A stretch of DNA of 62,582 nt, filler included, from Perkinsus olseni (lineage: Eukaryota): the NCBI GenBank assembly GCA_013115125.1. It is 9 parts of 9 records of this genome, joined end to end, with 100 filler letters (N's around TTAATTAATTAA, not from the genome) between each part and the next. Parts side by side here need not be neighbours in the genome. Positions count along the whole stretch, not along the records: positions 7,012 to 13,896 come from JABANN010001058.1; positions 13,997 to 20,881 come from JABANN010001059.1; positions 20,982 to 27,861 come from JABANN010001060.1; 6 more parts are not named here. One strand, given 5' to 3'. The translations under genes were made by a program, and so were the position numbers. This document shows, piece by piece, positions 11,746-25,035 of this stretch (position 1 is its first letter; every line of letters starts with the position of its first letter). The notes beneath the pieces were generated by a model. That model saw nothing but the letters and a program-made list of their open reading frames with translations. It searched no databases and was not told the DNA's origin.

Positions 11746-13279
11746 TCACAACGGCAACCCTCCCCACACTGACGTCCCAGACCCCACATCACCAACAAGT
11801 AACAACACAGAACACAGCACTTTGAACACGTAGAAGGACATCATCCATGCCACTGCCATAAGGTAATGAAAGTTTCTATCGTCTACGAGATTTCGATGAT
11901 ACGGACTTTGGCTGGCTCTGCTTGATTTGCCAGATAAGTTGGTACGACATGTACGCTGGGGGAGGCAGAGACTCCTCGTACTGACAGGCAAACCATAGCG
12001 GACAAGGCAAGGAAGAAGGGAGTACATTTCCGAATATCCACGGATGTGTGTTGTAGGGAGAGGTAAAGAAAGATGCTGGCACATCGCCCAGTATCTTGTA
12101 CGGTTTGTCAGCAGATGGTAAACCAGCGTCCGATGAGGCCCTTCGCCCGCTGAAAAAACAGGATGGAAGTGATCACAGTAGCAGTGGTAGTACCATGCCT
12201 TGCAGTATTCACTTTCCTCCGACACCTCAGTGACAGAAGCCCTACCCTTATCTTTGCTATCATCACTAAGACACTCATCGTCCTCGGTGCCAGGTACCGC
12301 TGACTCCTTATCAAAACAGGCGCCCACTCCCTCGGGTACCAACTCCCCTCCCAGCAGTACTAACCTCTCCTCCCCGACCTCACCAGCGTGTTTCAATTCT
12401 TCTGTCTTCTCCAGCAAGAGGCCCTCCTCATCACTACCTTCCTCCCCCTTCGGGTCTTGTATCAGTTCCCCTTCTCTCTCCCCCAACAAGCTCCCCTCGT
12501 CACCCCCTCCCTCCTGATCATCAGCTACCCGCATCCCTTGACTCAGTGACAAGACCCCTCCCTCTGAACCCCGCTCGGCGTCTTCGCCAATAGCAACCTC
12601 ATCATCACCAACTCGTCCAGACTCCCCTAGGCCATCCGATGCAGCCCCATCCTCACCCGATAAACGCTCTTCAACAGCCGCATAGAGCTGCCCTTCCTCC
12701 TCCCCGTTCGCAGTAAATCGGTCCCTAGCCGGAGTGGGAGGGGGCAGCTCAGCAGCGAGTGCCTCCAACGCCTGCCGACCCTCAGCTTCCTCGTCATCTT
12801 CAATCTCAGGCGGTGGCGCGTCCGGGTTCAACACAGATACTCTCCGCTCGTCCCAAATTGCAAGATAGAGTTCCTTCAGATCGTCTAAGTAGATCTGACC
12901 TGTTTGAGCAGGGTCCAACTCGTCCAACACTATGGCATAGAATTCCTCCGTCAGGGGAGTCCGCAGACCGTGAAACCTGCGGGAAACAGCGATGCAGCCG
13001 CAAGAGGGCAGGGGATTCTGAAACGACGGGTTGACTTAGCTACACAGTAACCTTCAAGACGACAACATTGGGAGAAGTTCAGCATACGAGATGGCCAAGC
13101 TGGTGTCGTTTCAGGAGGCTAGCCTGGGTTCAGGATAAATGCATCCGCCTTTTCGACACTATGTGCCTTCAGCTATCAATTTACTCGGCTACACCGTAAA
13201 TGCCTCACAGAAAGACCTTACCGCGCTCCAACGAATTGTGACGCGTCCAACTCTACTGAAATGAAGGGGGCGCTTCATT
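11746..13279 (-). CDS. Multi-exon EF-hand-like protein with acidic low-complexity region
   Basis: LDELDPAQTGQIYLDDLKELY resembles an EF-hand loop. An acceptor TTCCCGCAG lies near 12977, with a long Glu/Asp/Gly-rich tract downstream. Both ends are uncertain. Confidence 0.55.
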
Positions 13280-13996
13280 CCCGCTGTGGACTTTAGTTTG
13301 ACCACCAGCAAAACATGTTTTTTCTGCTGAGTGAACCGGGTCGTTTATCATTCAGGCATGCAAAAGACTAGTACGAGTATTACTACATTCTGATGGCATC
13401 ACAGAAGCCGTTGCACTCTCGGTCATTCAGAGCCCCATCACCATTCAAGTCGGCCTGCTCGAACAATTCCCTTATCTGCCAGCATCAACCTAAGATACCC
13501 AATATTCGTATCCATATTACCTCATCATCATTCAGCGGATTGGCGGTGGCCGATCGTATCTGCCGACCACCCATTTGCATGAACGCGGACTGCTCCGAGA
13601 CACACATTGAGCGTTTTTAGGCGCGCTAAAGCAGCCATTTATCGGATTGTCTCGCGCACCTACCGACGATTATACTTATCGCTGAGCGTGATGGTACCAG
13701 CGTATCTAAAACGTATCTCACACTCCAGTTTTGTAACAGGTGATGTTAATCGGGCATCATACTGGTGACAGCGGTTTCTAGTTCGTTCGGGTGATTTTGA
13801 TGGGCGTCACCAGAGGCTATCACCGAGCGTGGCTTAGGTGGTTCCCTTTCTCAGTTCCTCCTTCGTTCCTTATCATTTTCAATGGGCCGTGGTCCTNNNN
13901 NNNNNNNNNNNNNNNNNNNNNNNNNNNNNNNNNNNNNNNNTTAATTAATTAANNNNNNNNNNNNNNNNNNNNNNNNNNNNNNNNNNNNNNNNNNNN

Positions 13997-16900
13997 CAGG
14001 TTTACCTAGTCCGGAGAGGAGGACAGCTCCTGTACTGGGAGAAAAGATCATGGATGAGGTAGTCAGACCGCCCTCCGCTGATGATGAGGAGACCTCCTGC
14101 GGGAAGGATATCAGTGGTAGAGGCGTAGACGTATGATGAACTCACTGTGAGTATGATCCATGCCAACAGGTAGGCTATGCTTCCCCCTATTATACCGATA
14201 TGAGTGAACCAATACCGTATATTAGACAACATGTAGACAACGAAATTACAAAGTATTATTATATGAAGGAAGATCAATGACCCTACCCCGGCAAGGGGAG
14301 GTGATGAATTACCATTAGAATCGATAGAAGCGTTATAGAGATATACCATTGATGGTACTGTGGAGCATACACTAACCCATGCTGCTGCCAATAACCATAA
14401 TAGTAGGTGCTTGTTGCCAAACAGATTGAATGGTGAGAACTTGAGACGAATAAGTTCGCGCGAAGTGCATTCCATACGGCAGAGCCTCTTGAGGGATATA
14501 CCAGGCCATAGATAGAGGTAAGGGCAACTGGATGTGATGTTCGTAAGGAGTTGCCTATCGAAAATACCGTACAGTAATATCGGTAGCAGAGTGAATATAA
14601 CATTATACCCTTGCTTCAGTATAGGGTCATAGAGGCTAGTCCCAGAGAACTGGGATACGAAGCCTAGCAAGAAGGCAGGTAGAGAGAAGGCAACGTTCTT
14701 GAAAACAGTATAATAGATGAAGGTAGAGTTCTTGCGGATACTCTCTCGTCCATGCAGGAATAACAATCGGCGGAGGAAGTGAAACTGCGGTATGGCGTAG
14801 TCAGCAGAACGGGCTGCCTGGGCACCTTCCTTGCCGTTGATGCCGACCTGAGGAGGTTGGATACATCGGATACAGGAGGAAATAGGAACCGGTGTGATGA
14901 CTCAGAACCGTGATGATTATTACCCCAACATCAGCTGATACTATCATACCAACATCATTAGCACCATCACCGATAGCTAGCATAGTGTTGGCAGGAAGGT
15001 AGCTGCCACTCCATCTGGATACTACAGTCCTCACTACGCATGCTGCTGCTGCTCATCGTTATCCTTACCTCACGATCTGGGCCTTCTGTTTCGGGGACAC
15101 TCGACAGGCGATAACCGTGATACAATGGCTGAGGGCGAACTTGAAGAACTTCTTGCGGAGTGGCCTGATGATGATGATGAGCAGGAGAGGGAGCAGAACT
15201 ACTTGGAGCGTCATTGTACTGAATGATACCTGTCTTTAAGAACGACTGCCAGACTATCTCCGGATATAGTGATAGCCACGGAGGTCCAGGAGGACGAGGG
15301 AGAGGAGATGGTAGGCTTATTCATGTCTATACACACACCTTCCTCCTCAGACTCAAGCTGTTCATCACCAACATCAGTTAGAGAGGTTGTCTGAGAGAGA
15401 CGGTACTAATGTTAGCATAGGAAAGTAGTGGAAGCTGCTCTACTGGCTCCTTCTCTGCCTCCTCCCCACGACCGTGCCCTGATAGAGGTAGTACTGCTTG
15501 ACCGACATCCATATCGATGGATGATAGAGACAACAAGCCTCGCTTCGCTAGCTTGACTTCAGCCAGATCATCCCACTCAAGCGTTGCCAAGGACGATCTG
15601 TGTGACCACTTGCCGTCAGGACGAGTCCCTGAGTCTCTATACCTATCCCCGTGCTGGTGGTGGTGGTGATGGCCAGCTGAGGGACGCCCTGCTATGCTTG
15701 ACGATAATGCTGTTATACGATGTGATAGTGTATCCAGTGTCTTGTGTATACTCGGTGGAGTTGTGGCTGTTATCACTTCATTCAGTACTGTAGAGTCCAA
15801 CAGTCTACTGCTGTACCTGAGTACCCACCCTAGTGAGAGTCCCCTCATCCCAGCTGTCGCAAGTACGCTATATTTATCGCAGTTTCAATCTTGTCCCCTG
15901 TCAAGACCCATACCTTGATACCAGCCTCGTGTAGGTCTGCTATCGTATCCGGCACGTAGTCCTGTCATGACTGGTAACCTATCCCGTATCCCCTCTCACC
16001 CCTACTTGTAGTTTATCTTCGATACCAGTGCAGCCCACTATATCGATATCATACTCCATCTCCTCTATGCATTGCTTCAAGGCCCTCTCCTTTGCATCAC
16101 CAACGAGCCCTCTAGCGTCATTATAAGATCTTCGCCAAGATTCGAGGAAGGGCATATCCGAGGTCAGATCCCGGACGCCATAGACCAGCGTACGGAGTCC
16201 CCCAGCCGATAGCACATCCAGAACGCTCTCAAGCTCTTCCTCGGGAGATGCAGCATCTGAGGATGAGAGGAATGGTGGCGATGGGGACCGTATGATTGAT
16301 GACAGTGCCTCCTGCCCTGCATGATCTGATCCATATGTCTTTCATACTTGAGTCAGCGCCTTTAATTAGCAGGAGGATTCTTGTAGTAGTTGTCGAGCAC
16401 TGCCTCCCGTCTTCCCTAAAGACAACAGAGCGGCACGCTAAAGGCATGCTCGCAGCGTTGAGTATGATAACCTCACTCAGCCAATGGAGATATTATCTTC
16501 ACCAGAACACTCATCCGCTTACGATCATTATCAAACTCGATAACCTCTAGTAGTTCGACGTCTATGCTAGTATCTCCTTTTTCATATTCGCCTTGAATAA
16601 CCTGTGAGTCAATCACTTCACGAAGAGCGATAATGGAAGACCCGCCACCTTCCTAGCGAAGGGAGTAGTTAGATTTATCCTTATTGTATCCGGAGTAGGT
16701 CTAGCCGTGAACTCAAATCCAAGATGCCGAGCACCAGCTACTAGCGCTAGCTCATCAGGAGAGGAGGCGTCGTATCTATCGCGAGGACAGAGGGTGAATA
16801 CCATTATCGTCGGTAGGGGAAGACTACAGAGACTCTGATCCCAGCCGCTTGAGGGGGTCGTCCGATGCTTCGATGGAGTCCTTGATGAGGACCGAATGAC

Positions 16901-19517
16901 ACAGGCATAGTCCGAGCAGGAAGAGTAGCGGTGTGTTGTGTGGACTATAACGTGAGGGCGAGAATGACGTTACGCCTGTCAGTAATAGTAAGGCACCTAC
17001 TCTCGATCCTCTAGAACTATTCTCTCGAAGACACGAGCATCGAACTGACCGCTGACATGACGTTCTGGGTTGGGTGGTATGCCTGTTATACATAATAATA
17101 CGAGTTATACACCAGAGCATACTGACCATTCGTCTGATATCGACCGAGTAGGGGAGAGTCCGCAGCGCCACTGCCCATAACGTAGGCACCTGAATGATGA
17201 TGCTCCCATGTGAGGCTCCCATGATGATGATGGCAGTGCACTTGTGAAGATCATGAGGTTGTCAGTGAGAGTGCCGGTCTTATCACTGAATACATGGGTT
17301 ACTGATCCAAGCTCCTCAATCAGTGTTGAACTGTTGGATGCAGCACGCAGACCTGACTAGGTGTGGTTGGGAGGTCGTGAGGGAGGGATATGCCGACCAT
17401 TGTGCTGCATGCGGACATCTGCTGATACAAACCTGCCCTGGAAGTACTTGACAATCTCCAATGTAACCTGCCACCGAATGTGTACTGGTTATGAGATAGA
17501 CGACTGAGGGGAGTACCAGCAGGGATATCGGTACAAAGTACGTGAATTGGAGCAGGAGCGAGCCGGCAACACGTAGTCCTCTAGACAGCACATCACCCGC
17601 ATCTACTGACTGAGGGCCAACGTACAGATACCTATTCATAAGCTACGGGGTGCAAAGGGTAAACGGTCATAATACCAATAGTAGGTCGTGGTGGTATCAT
17701 CGTCATCAGCCTTGCTGTTGTCTGTAGTAGTAGTAGTAGTAGCATAGATCCAACCATGTGTGAAGGCTGCTATTATGCATATCATAGCTTGAAGCGTGAA
17801 CAACACAATAACATGTTGGTTATAGGTCTGCATCAGTTTACTTATCTTATTCCTTCCCGTACCTAACAGCAGCTAGGGAAGAGAGGCACATGAAGGTTGA
17901 GCGATACCTGATTCGGCGGAGTTACGGTATATCCTAGTGTTCATACCACAGTAGACCACAACACCATAGGCGTACTTGCCACTCATACATGACTGTAGCG
18001 ATGATCCACGCAATAGTAATTGATCAATACTCAGAGGGATGCTGCTCACCACACCAGGCGGGCTACTGCTGCCTCCACCGCCTGAACACTGCTCATTTTC
18101 GTCGCCCAGCGCCGAAGGGTGATACAACAGCTGCCCTTGGAACTTGTACAGCTGAGAGTTTGGGTTTTCGTAGTGCAGCTCTGCACGGAGATTGAGGATG
18201 TTCTCCTCCAGTGTACTAGCAGCAGCTGTATTCTGTTGTAACGCGGTCTGTAGTGTCGGACTGCATATCTTGGGCTTGAGATTCGTCTCACCATCAAGGT
18301 TCATAGTTTCGACAAATATCATACCACTAGGGTCATCACAAGTGAGCAGTACTAGATCAGCAGGGAACTGTTCACCAATACCGATCCTAACCACGTCGCC
18401 AACCCTAAGCTCATCCCAATGCACCGTCTCAATCGACATGCTGCTGCCTCTGTCATGAATGATACCGGTATTATTGTGGTCAACATCAGAGCACCAACGA
18501 CGTAGTCGATGCACCGTCCTTTTATTCTCATAATTATCATTATTATGTCTTTTGATATCTTCCATGATGTCCCGGACTGCAGCCACTGTGATTACGAACA
18601 GGAGTGGTATCAACAGCAACGGTCTACCACCAGAATCGCTGATAGCTGGTATCATTTGTAAAGCCGCAGCACACAGAAAATATACATTAGCAAATAAATG
18701 TAATTGATACCATAAATTCTTGGGTATGAATGATAATATGGTGTACTTGGATGTCCTTACTCTATTACTCCACTTCACATTGCTGACCTCAGGATGATGT
18801 ACGACTGCCTTAACGGTACTGATGACAGTATTTTTACCATTAGTATGACCAATGTAATTCATGGCTGTATTTTTCATAGCCTTAATATTGTCTAGTAATC
18901 TCTTCCATAATAAAGTATACCGAGAGGTATCTTTCGTAGGTTCTTCGTTGATACGTACGACTACCTGTAAAGATCGTTGTGATAATGACTAACACATGGC
19001 ACCACTCACTGATTTAATATCATCAGTATCGCCTTCGCATGGCGATGCACCAACTCCGGGCAAGACATTCATGCTGCAATCGATTACAGCCGATGACGGC
19101 GTTGGCAAATCTTCATCAGTAGCCGCTGTGCCAGGGCAATCTTGCGCACTTGCTGTGTCTTACGTATTTCCTAACGCTCTCGGCACAGGCCAACGTGAGA
19201 AGAGCCGAGTTGGCCAACCGGGAGGTATGGAGTACGCGGTTGTATTTTATTGAGTGCGAGGAGCCCACCTCATAGTGGAGCAGCGCTGGAAGGAGGACAT
19301 GATGGTACTAAGGGGAATACGCGAGCATGCGGGCATTCTTATCGGTATGATGGTGATGATGAATGTAAAGGTATACGTTACTGCGGCTCGCAGCATCACT
19401 ATAGGAATGGTTATAGGCGCTGCATTCATTTAATCGACTGGCACATGCTCGCCAGGTACGGTTACCTCTAGCTGACTGTTCAACACCAGGACCATGCGGG
19501 GATAATCGAGGCTGCAT
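13997..19517 (-). CDS. P4-type ATPase (phospholipid flippase), multi-exon, 3' truncated by contig end
   Basis: [42 protein letters not shown] (about 17265-17293), [40 protein letters not shown]...YNVIFT. The start codon is tentative. Confidence 0.96.
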
Positions 19518-19612
19518 GCTTGGATGATCATTGGGCCACTGCTGTCGGGTAGTGCCCGATAATTAGGGACAACACTGTTATCAGATACATACCGTTGTAA
19601 CCTCTACCACTA

Positions 19613-20881
19613 TGTCGTGTGAGCATACTGGATGCACCATCTTGACTTAGCGCAACATAGGCCGGGGTCTTTACTAGGTTGGTCATATATGAATGAATTA
19701 GTCAAAACACCGGTAAACCTGTACGGCGAAATGACGATACTGCAACCTATTGATAGTCGTCTACTTACGATAGATGGACTACTCAATGGGTCAAAGCGTT
19801 TCCTACGGGGTGTCCCTATAGGGCGAAACGCTTGGATATCAATAGTAAGAAATGCAAGAGTAGAAGTGGAGCTCTTCTTGGTCACAGAGCCCCCTATGCA
19901 TACGGAGGGTATCGAGTAATGCATACAGCATGAATGAAGGAGCTACTCAGAACTCTTGTCTCACGCAATAGGGTCTTCGAATAGGCTTACTCCCAGTCGA
20001 CGGAGTAAGGCCTTGCACTCCTCGGTCAGGCAACCATTCTTCAGAGGAAGGATGCATAGGATCTGCTTGGGGAAAATGTCTTCGGTCAGGGCTTCTTCTC
20101 CTGGCTTTGCTTCTCCTCTTCTGGTGGTAGCGGATCCCGTCGTCCAGATCGGAAGAAACCGGATTATCTTCCGCCCACCAGACCCATAGTGATGCAGAGT
20201 GATCTTGTCGTCTGCATTGCCGACCGAGATGACCTTCGCCACGAAGTAGTCGACAGTTTCGGTAGAGTCAGCGTGCCCGCTACCAGCAGAATCTTCTCTT
20301 GTGAAGACAACGAATTCGTCCGGTGACGGGACTACGTGAGTAAGCCCCCCGGCCCGACAAAAATAGTGGCGCTTGACGGGCGGGTGAAAGCAGTCTTTGG
20401 TTGGAACCCTGGAGCCGTCCTCAAGTACCAGCACTCGGGAGTCACCGTTGTCGTCAGAGTAGATCTTGATGATGGAGAGAGGCACTTCTAGATCTCTTCC
20501 TTTCACAAGGACTTGTTGTCCGGCAGTGAAGTTATGGGATAGACCACGACTTCGCTGTTGATCAGCCACTCGGCCAGTCAATGAGTAGTGGGCACGGGCG
20601 TCAGCGTGAGCATGGATCGACCCCAGAGACTCCCGAATGTTATACCGGATCTTGTTGATGAAATCGTCGTCAATGGGGTCTTCTTCGAGAGTGGCTTGAC
20701 CGTCTTCCCGATGGTAGTCCCCGATGGCCTCCACCAGCCTGTTAGGGGGAGCGCCGAAGCAGGCTTCAAAGGCGGTGAACTCTCCGTCTGGCCTGGAGAT
20801 CTGATTCGCCTTGGTGGTAAGGCGCCGGGTTTGCCAAAAACCATAAACTGTCGCGCAAGCGACACATCAGCGAGCCTGGGC
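19613..20881 (-). mobile_element. 3' end of a Gypsy-like retrotransposon: integrase C-terminus plus putative LTR
   Basis: FTAFEACFGAPP and FTAGQQVLVK are typical post-core integrase segments (ORF 19961-20734). A candidate LTR end ...CACGACA lies at 19613. Confidence 0.6.
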
Positions 20882-21488
20882 NNNNNNNNNNNNNNNNNNN
20901 NNNNNNNNNNNNNNNNNNNNNNNNNTTAATTAATTAANNNNNNNNNNNNNNNNNNNNNNNNNNNNNNNNNNNNNNNNNNNNTGAGTGATACTGAGAACAG
21001 TGAGATCACTGCAAGAGAGCAAGAGAGCAAGCGCGATGACTCAGTTCTCACAGCGCGGGCAATCGATCACTGTGGCGAGCGCGAAAACTTCGACTACCAC
21101 AACTGTTTAGCAGTTTTGTGGCATGCTATTTTCGCTAGTGCCGCTAATTGATTTTTCCCTTTTCTAATTGTAGCCCGATTTGCGAAAATTCCGCGTCGGC
21201 TGATCGGTCACGCCAGGCGTGGTCGTCTCCAGGTTTTCTCTTGCTAAATTCGACACAGCATTTTCTCGTTTTTCGTATTTTTTTCAGACACTTTGGTTCT
21301 CTTTTTTACGCGCTAAATTTAATCGACGGAGTTCTCTTGAAAGTCGGGAGATGCAGTCTCTCGAACAGCCCCATTAATTCTTTCGGGAATTAATTCTTTC
21401 TTTTTTAGAAAAAAGGGAACTTCGCTCCGCTCGACCCTAGTGTTTTTTCAGCTAATAATTTCTAGTTTTCGTTGCTATTATTATAATT

Positions 21489-22482
21489 ATGGATCCTAAA
21501 ATTGTTATGTACGTAAACCGCGTCACGGAGGCTATCGCCAAGGTGAATCTTGAAATGGGAAAGATACGTTCTAAGGTTGATGACCAAACCAACGAGCTCG
21601 CCAAGAAAGGTGATTTGAGGGTCTCTGGGAATTCGGTGGAGAAATTATTTTTCTTAACGAAAATAGTCCCTCGTCAGAGCGGGCAAATTCTCACTTGAAA
21701 GAATTCCCGAATTTTTCTTGGAAAATCTTGCAAGTGCTGAAATCACACCGAATTTTCACCGAAAATTCTGAGTGGTTTTTCCGAGGGACGTTCAGGTATT
21801 ATTCGGGCATTTTTGGTCTGACCGAGTATCTGACAGAATCATCGTCTTTCCTGGGGTCGTTCAACTGTTTTCCGAGAACTTTGTAGAAGAAGTCTCTCCT
21901 GTTCCTCGAAAATCATTTCTGTTTTTTCTCTCAATTTTTTCAGGTTTCTGCGAAAATCGTTCCATATTTTGGTTTTTCCCCAATTTTTTCCGCGAAAATC
22001 GTTCAGTGCTTCGCGCCTTTCCGAAATACATCAGCAATTTATTCTTTTACGCGGAAATCAGGAGTGCTGAAATCTTTTCTGTTACCCTTAAAGCGTATGA
22101 ATATTTTTTGTGGTACTTGGGGTTACTGGCAATTTTCAAGTTGATTCTACCGTTGTTTCCCGCAGTGCGTTCTGTGCATCTCTGGAATTTTCGAATTTTT
22201 AGATGACGAGATCGCCGAACTTCGGTCGCAGTTAGAAGAGCAGGGAGGCGAAATAGAGAAGCTGAAGAACGAGGCCGCCTGTCTGCGTCAACGTCTCGGA
22301 GGGAGCGATCTCAAGTTTTCTGACACCTCTAGCTCCCCGTCGTGGGGAGTCCCGGCTTCGAGAGCTCGAGAACTATCTATGGCATCAAGTAAGCCTCTCG
22401 TGTAATTTTCAGTTTTTTTTCCGAATTTTCTGTTTTTTCAGCTCAAATCGGCGATGATCGCGCGCCCACACCGCGACAGTAA
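21489..22482 (+). CDS. Small three-exon coiled-coil protein
   Basis: Exons 21489-21609, 22203-22388 and 22442-22482 join in phase through GT...TTTTTAG/TTTTCAG introns, giving ...NELAKKDDEIAELRSQLEEQGGEIEKLKNE... Confidence 0.6.
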
Positions 22483-23523
22483 GAAGTACAGTGTTTCTGA
22501 TAAGGTACATCTGGTCCATGCTGAGTACGGGCCCTACTACTGCGGCACACTTGCTTTCTTGATACGACTTGCAATTCCTCAACGCTTGTTCTTATTCTAG
22601 CCGTTCGTATATGGCAGGAGCTTTTGTCGAGATGGTGGACACTTCACGCGGTCCGATCATTGCTGCAATTTTTGGGCGCGTGACGATTCTATGGTTCTGT
22701 AAAAAAGGCTCAGAGCTTCATCATTTTATAACCCTTCTGATAATCCTGTAAGATACTCATTAGTTAGTCGATCATTTATTATCGTCTCGTGCAGAGGCTC
22801 GTAGTTGATCGTTGCTTCCTTGCCGTGTGTGCAAGATCGTGGTTTCTGTGAAAGGTGTGGTACTCCAGTGTTGTTGGTTTTTGTGAAGCGCTGGGATACC
22901 ACGTGTAAGTGTGGGAGCGCCTCAGCGTGAATCTGGACGGGAACTCACGAAAGGAATGGCCCATTCCGCTCCCATTCCGAATGGGAGCTGTCGCGGCCAA
23001 GGCAAATTGGCTATATGGTGTACGAGTTCACAAACGCTCGCTGTCTCTGCAGTGAGTTAGGTCAGTGGCCTCTTTGCCAGAAGAAGCGAAACTCCTTGGT
23101 GATCTCACATCACGCATTCTCACCGCGCATGACTTTGTGGTCTTCTGCTTTCGGACTGTGCCTTTTACACAGTGTCCCTAACTCAGGCGATCGCCGCCGG
23201 TTTAGTTGAACTTTTTTCGATACGAATGAAGGCATTGCGTCGGCAGAGTGATACTACTTAGTTCTCGTGCTCCGAGTCACTGATCAAGCCAAGTTCGGTA
23301 TTAGAAGTTCACTCAATTCTGACAGCCTCGAGTTGAACCCGAGTGGCAAATCACAAAAGTCGGTCCCAACTCGGATGTGAATCCAATGTCATCGTTCAAT
23401 CAGGTCTCGCCCGTGTTACGCGAAGTACAATTTTCGAGAGATAGTGTAAGTACGTCATAATGGCACGGCTCATAATGTGGCCATAATCACACCTGAGAAT
23501 CACGGAGAGATAACGGGCCGTTA

Positions 23524-24693
23524 TTAACGGCTCTCTTGGGTGCAAAGCTCGCCTTCAATCACTACGTTCTCAGTGGTCTTATTATCACGCAAATTCGAAG
23601 GACACTGTGCAGACCTGTGCCCTCGTCCATTGCATGTAAAGCATCTGATGGACCTTTCTCCTTTTCCTATGGTCTTATAACGGAAACTTTTGCCCTTTCC
23701 ATACCAGAACCCTTTGCCTTTTCCTTTCGCCCCTTTAGCTTTTCCTTTGCCTTTATACCCGTGAGCAATAGCAGACACATGCTGGGCTTCATCTTCTGGG
23801 GGCTTAGCAACAACAAATCCTTCTGATAACGTCAAACAGCCTTGTACTATATCTCGCCGATTCTGCCATAATTCGCGCCACTGTGCGCGAATGGCGGCAA
23901 GACCGGGTAAGTCTTGCGGAATTCCATTCCAATATTGTAAGCAGGCAGTCGCATTGACCCACGTACGGTCTGGACGCACACTCGGGGGTATGGCTGCTGA
24001 CGCGAGCCTTTGTAGCTCCGTAAGGTACTTCCCAGGAGTTTCACCAACCTTCATCCTCCTTGTGGTTAACTCCCGCCAGGCCGCAAAAGAACACGGGCCA
24101 TACCTGTCCAGAAGGACTTTTTTAGCTTGCTTGTACGCAGTCTTGTCATCGATACCACTACCAACCTTGACATTCGCACTTACAGTATTATAAGCCGACC
24201 CTCTCAGGTTCAACTTCAATAGAGCAAGGCGCTTGTTTACCGGTAGAAATTGTGATAGCATCTCCATAGACTCTTCAAATTTTTGTAACCATTGTACCAC
24301 ATCTTCGCCATCATGACCACCGGAGAAAGGGGTTGACATAATGTTGTAGTTCTTCAGTGAACCATTTAGACCATTAGTAACCGATGATGTTGAAGTCAAC
24401 GACGGCACGCTTTTACCATCATTAGAGTCACTCTTCTGATTAGTTGATGTGCTGCTGGAGCTCTTACCTTTTTCCACCTGCTCCTCAGTATCTCCATCGA
24501 CAAGATGCTGTTCACGGAGGGAGTCTTCTGTTCTTGCTTTACCATCATCGCCGTCCGCGACGACATCTTCTTGCGTTTCTGCTTGCTCACGCTGTTCACT
24601 CTCTTGCTGCTCTTCTTCCGGAGTCGCGACTGCTATGAAGTTCTCGAAATCACCAAGCTCGAGGTTTAAGTCGTCAAAGGGTCTGGGCACCAT
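23524..24693 (-). mobile_element. Retrotransposon Gag with CCHC zinc knuckle
   Basis: Intact 389-aa ORF with PFSG..GEDVVQWLQKFE, LRGSA, MKVGETPGKYLTELQRLA and CFTCNGRGHRSAQC. No pol follows. Confidence 0.92.
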
Positions 24694-25035
24694 GTAGAAC
24701 GCAACCAGGGTAAACGTGGTAGATAAGTTGGGAATCGATGGTATGATAGGAATTGGCTAATGGTAGACAGTATGTAGCTTAATAGTAGCGCTCGCCCTGA
24801 CACAACTCATAGTCTTGTGGTATAACAACCACAGGGGAGTCGATATTGTTCTCGTCTCTCTCTCATCATATTCCCATCGAGCAATCGATACAGAATCTCT
24901 ACGGGCGGAGTAATGTATAGCCAGACTATCGCGGTTCGATGCGCCCACCATTCGGAAGCTTTCGTAATGATCGGAAGCTTCGGAAGCTTGGGACATTCGG
25001 AAGTGATGAAAAGTTCGGAAGCTTTCATCACTACG
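24693..25035 (-). mobile_element. 5' LTR of the gag element, followed by a primer-binding site
   Basis: On the minus strand it runs (C)GTAGTG...TTCTACA, then TGGTGCCCAGA (24692-24682), complementary to a tRNA CCA end. Internal TCGGAAG repeats lie at 24951-25022. Confidence 0.75.
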
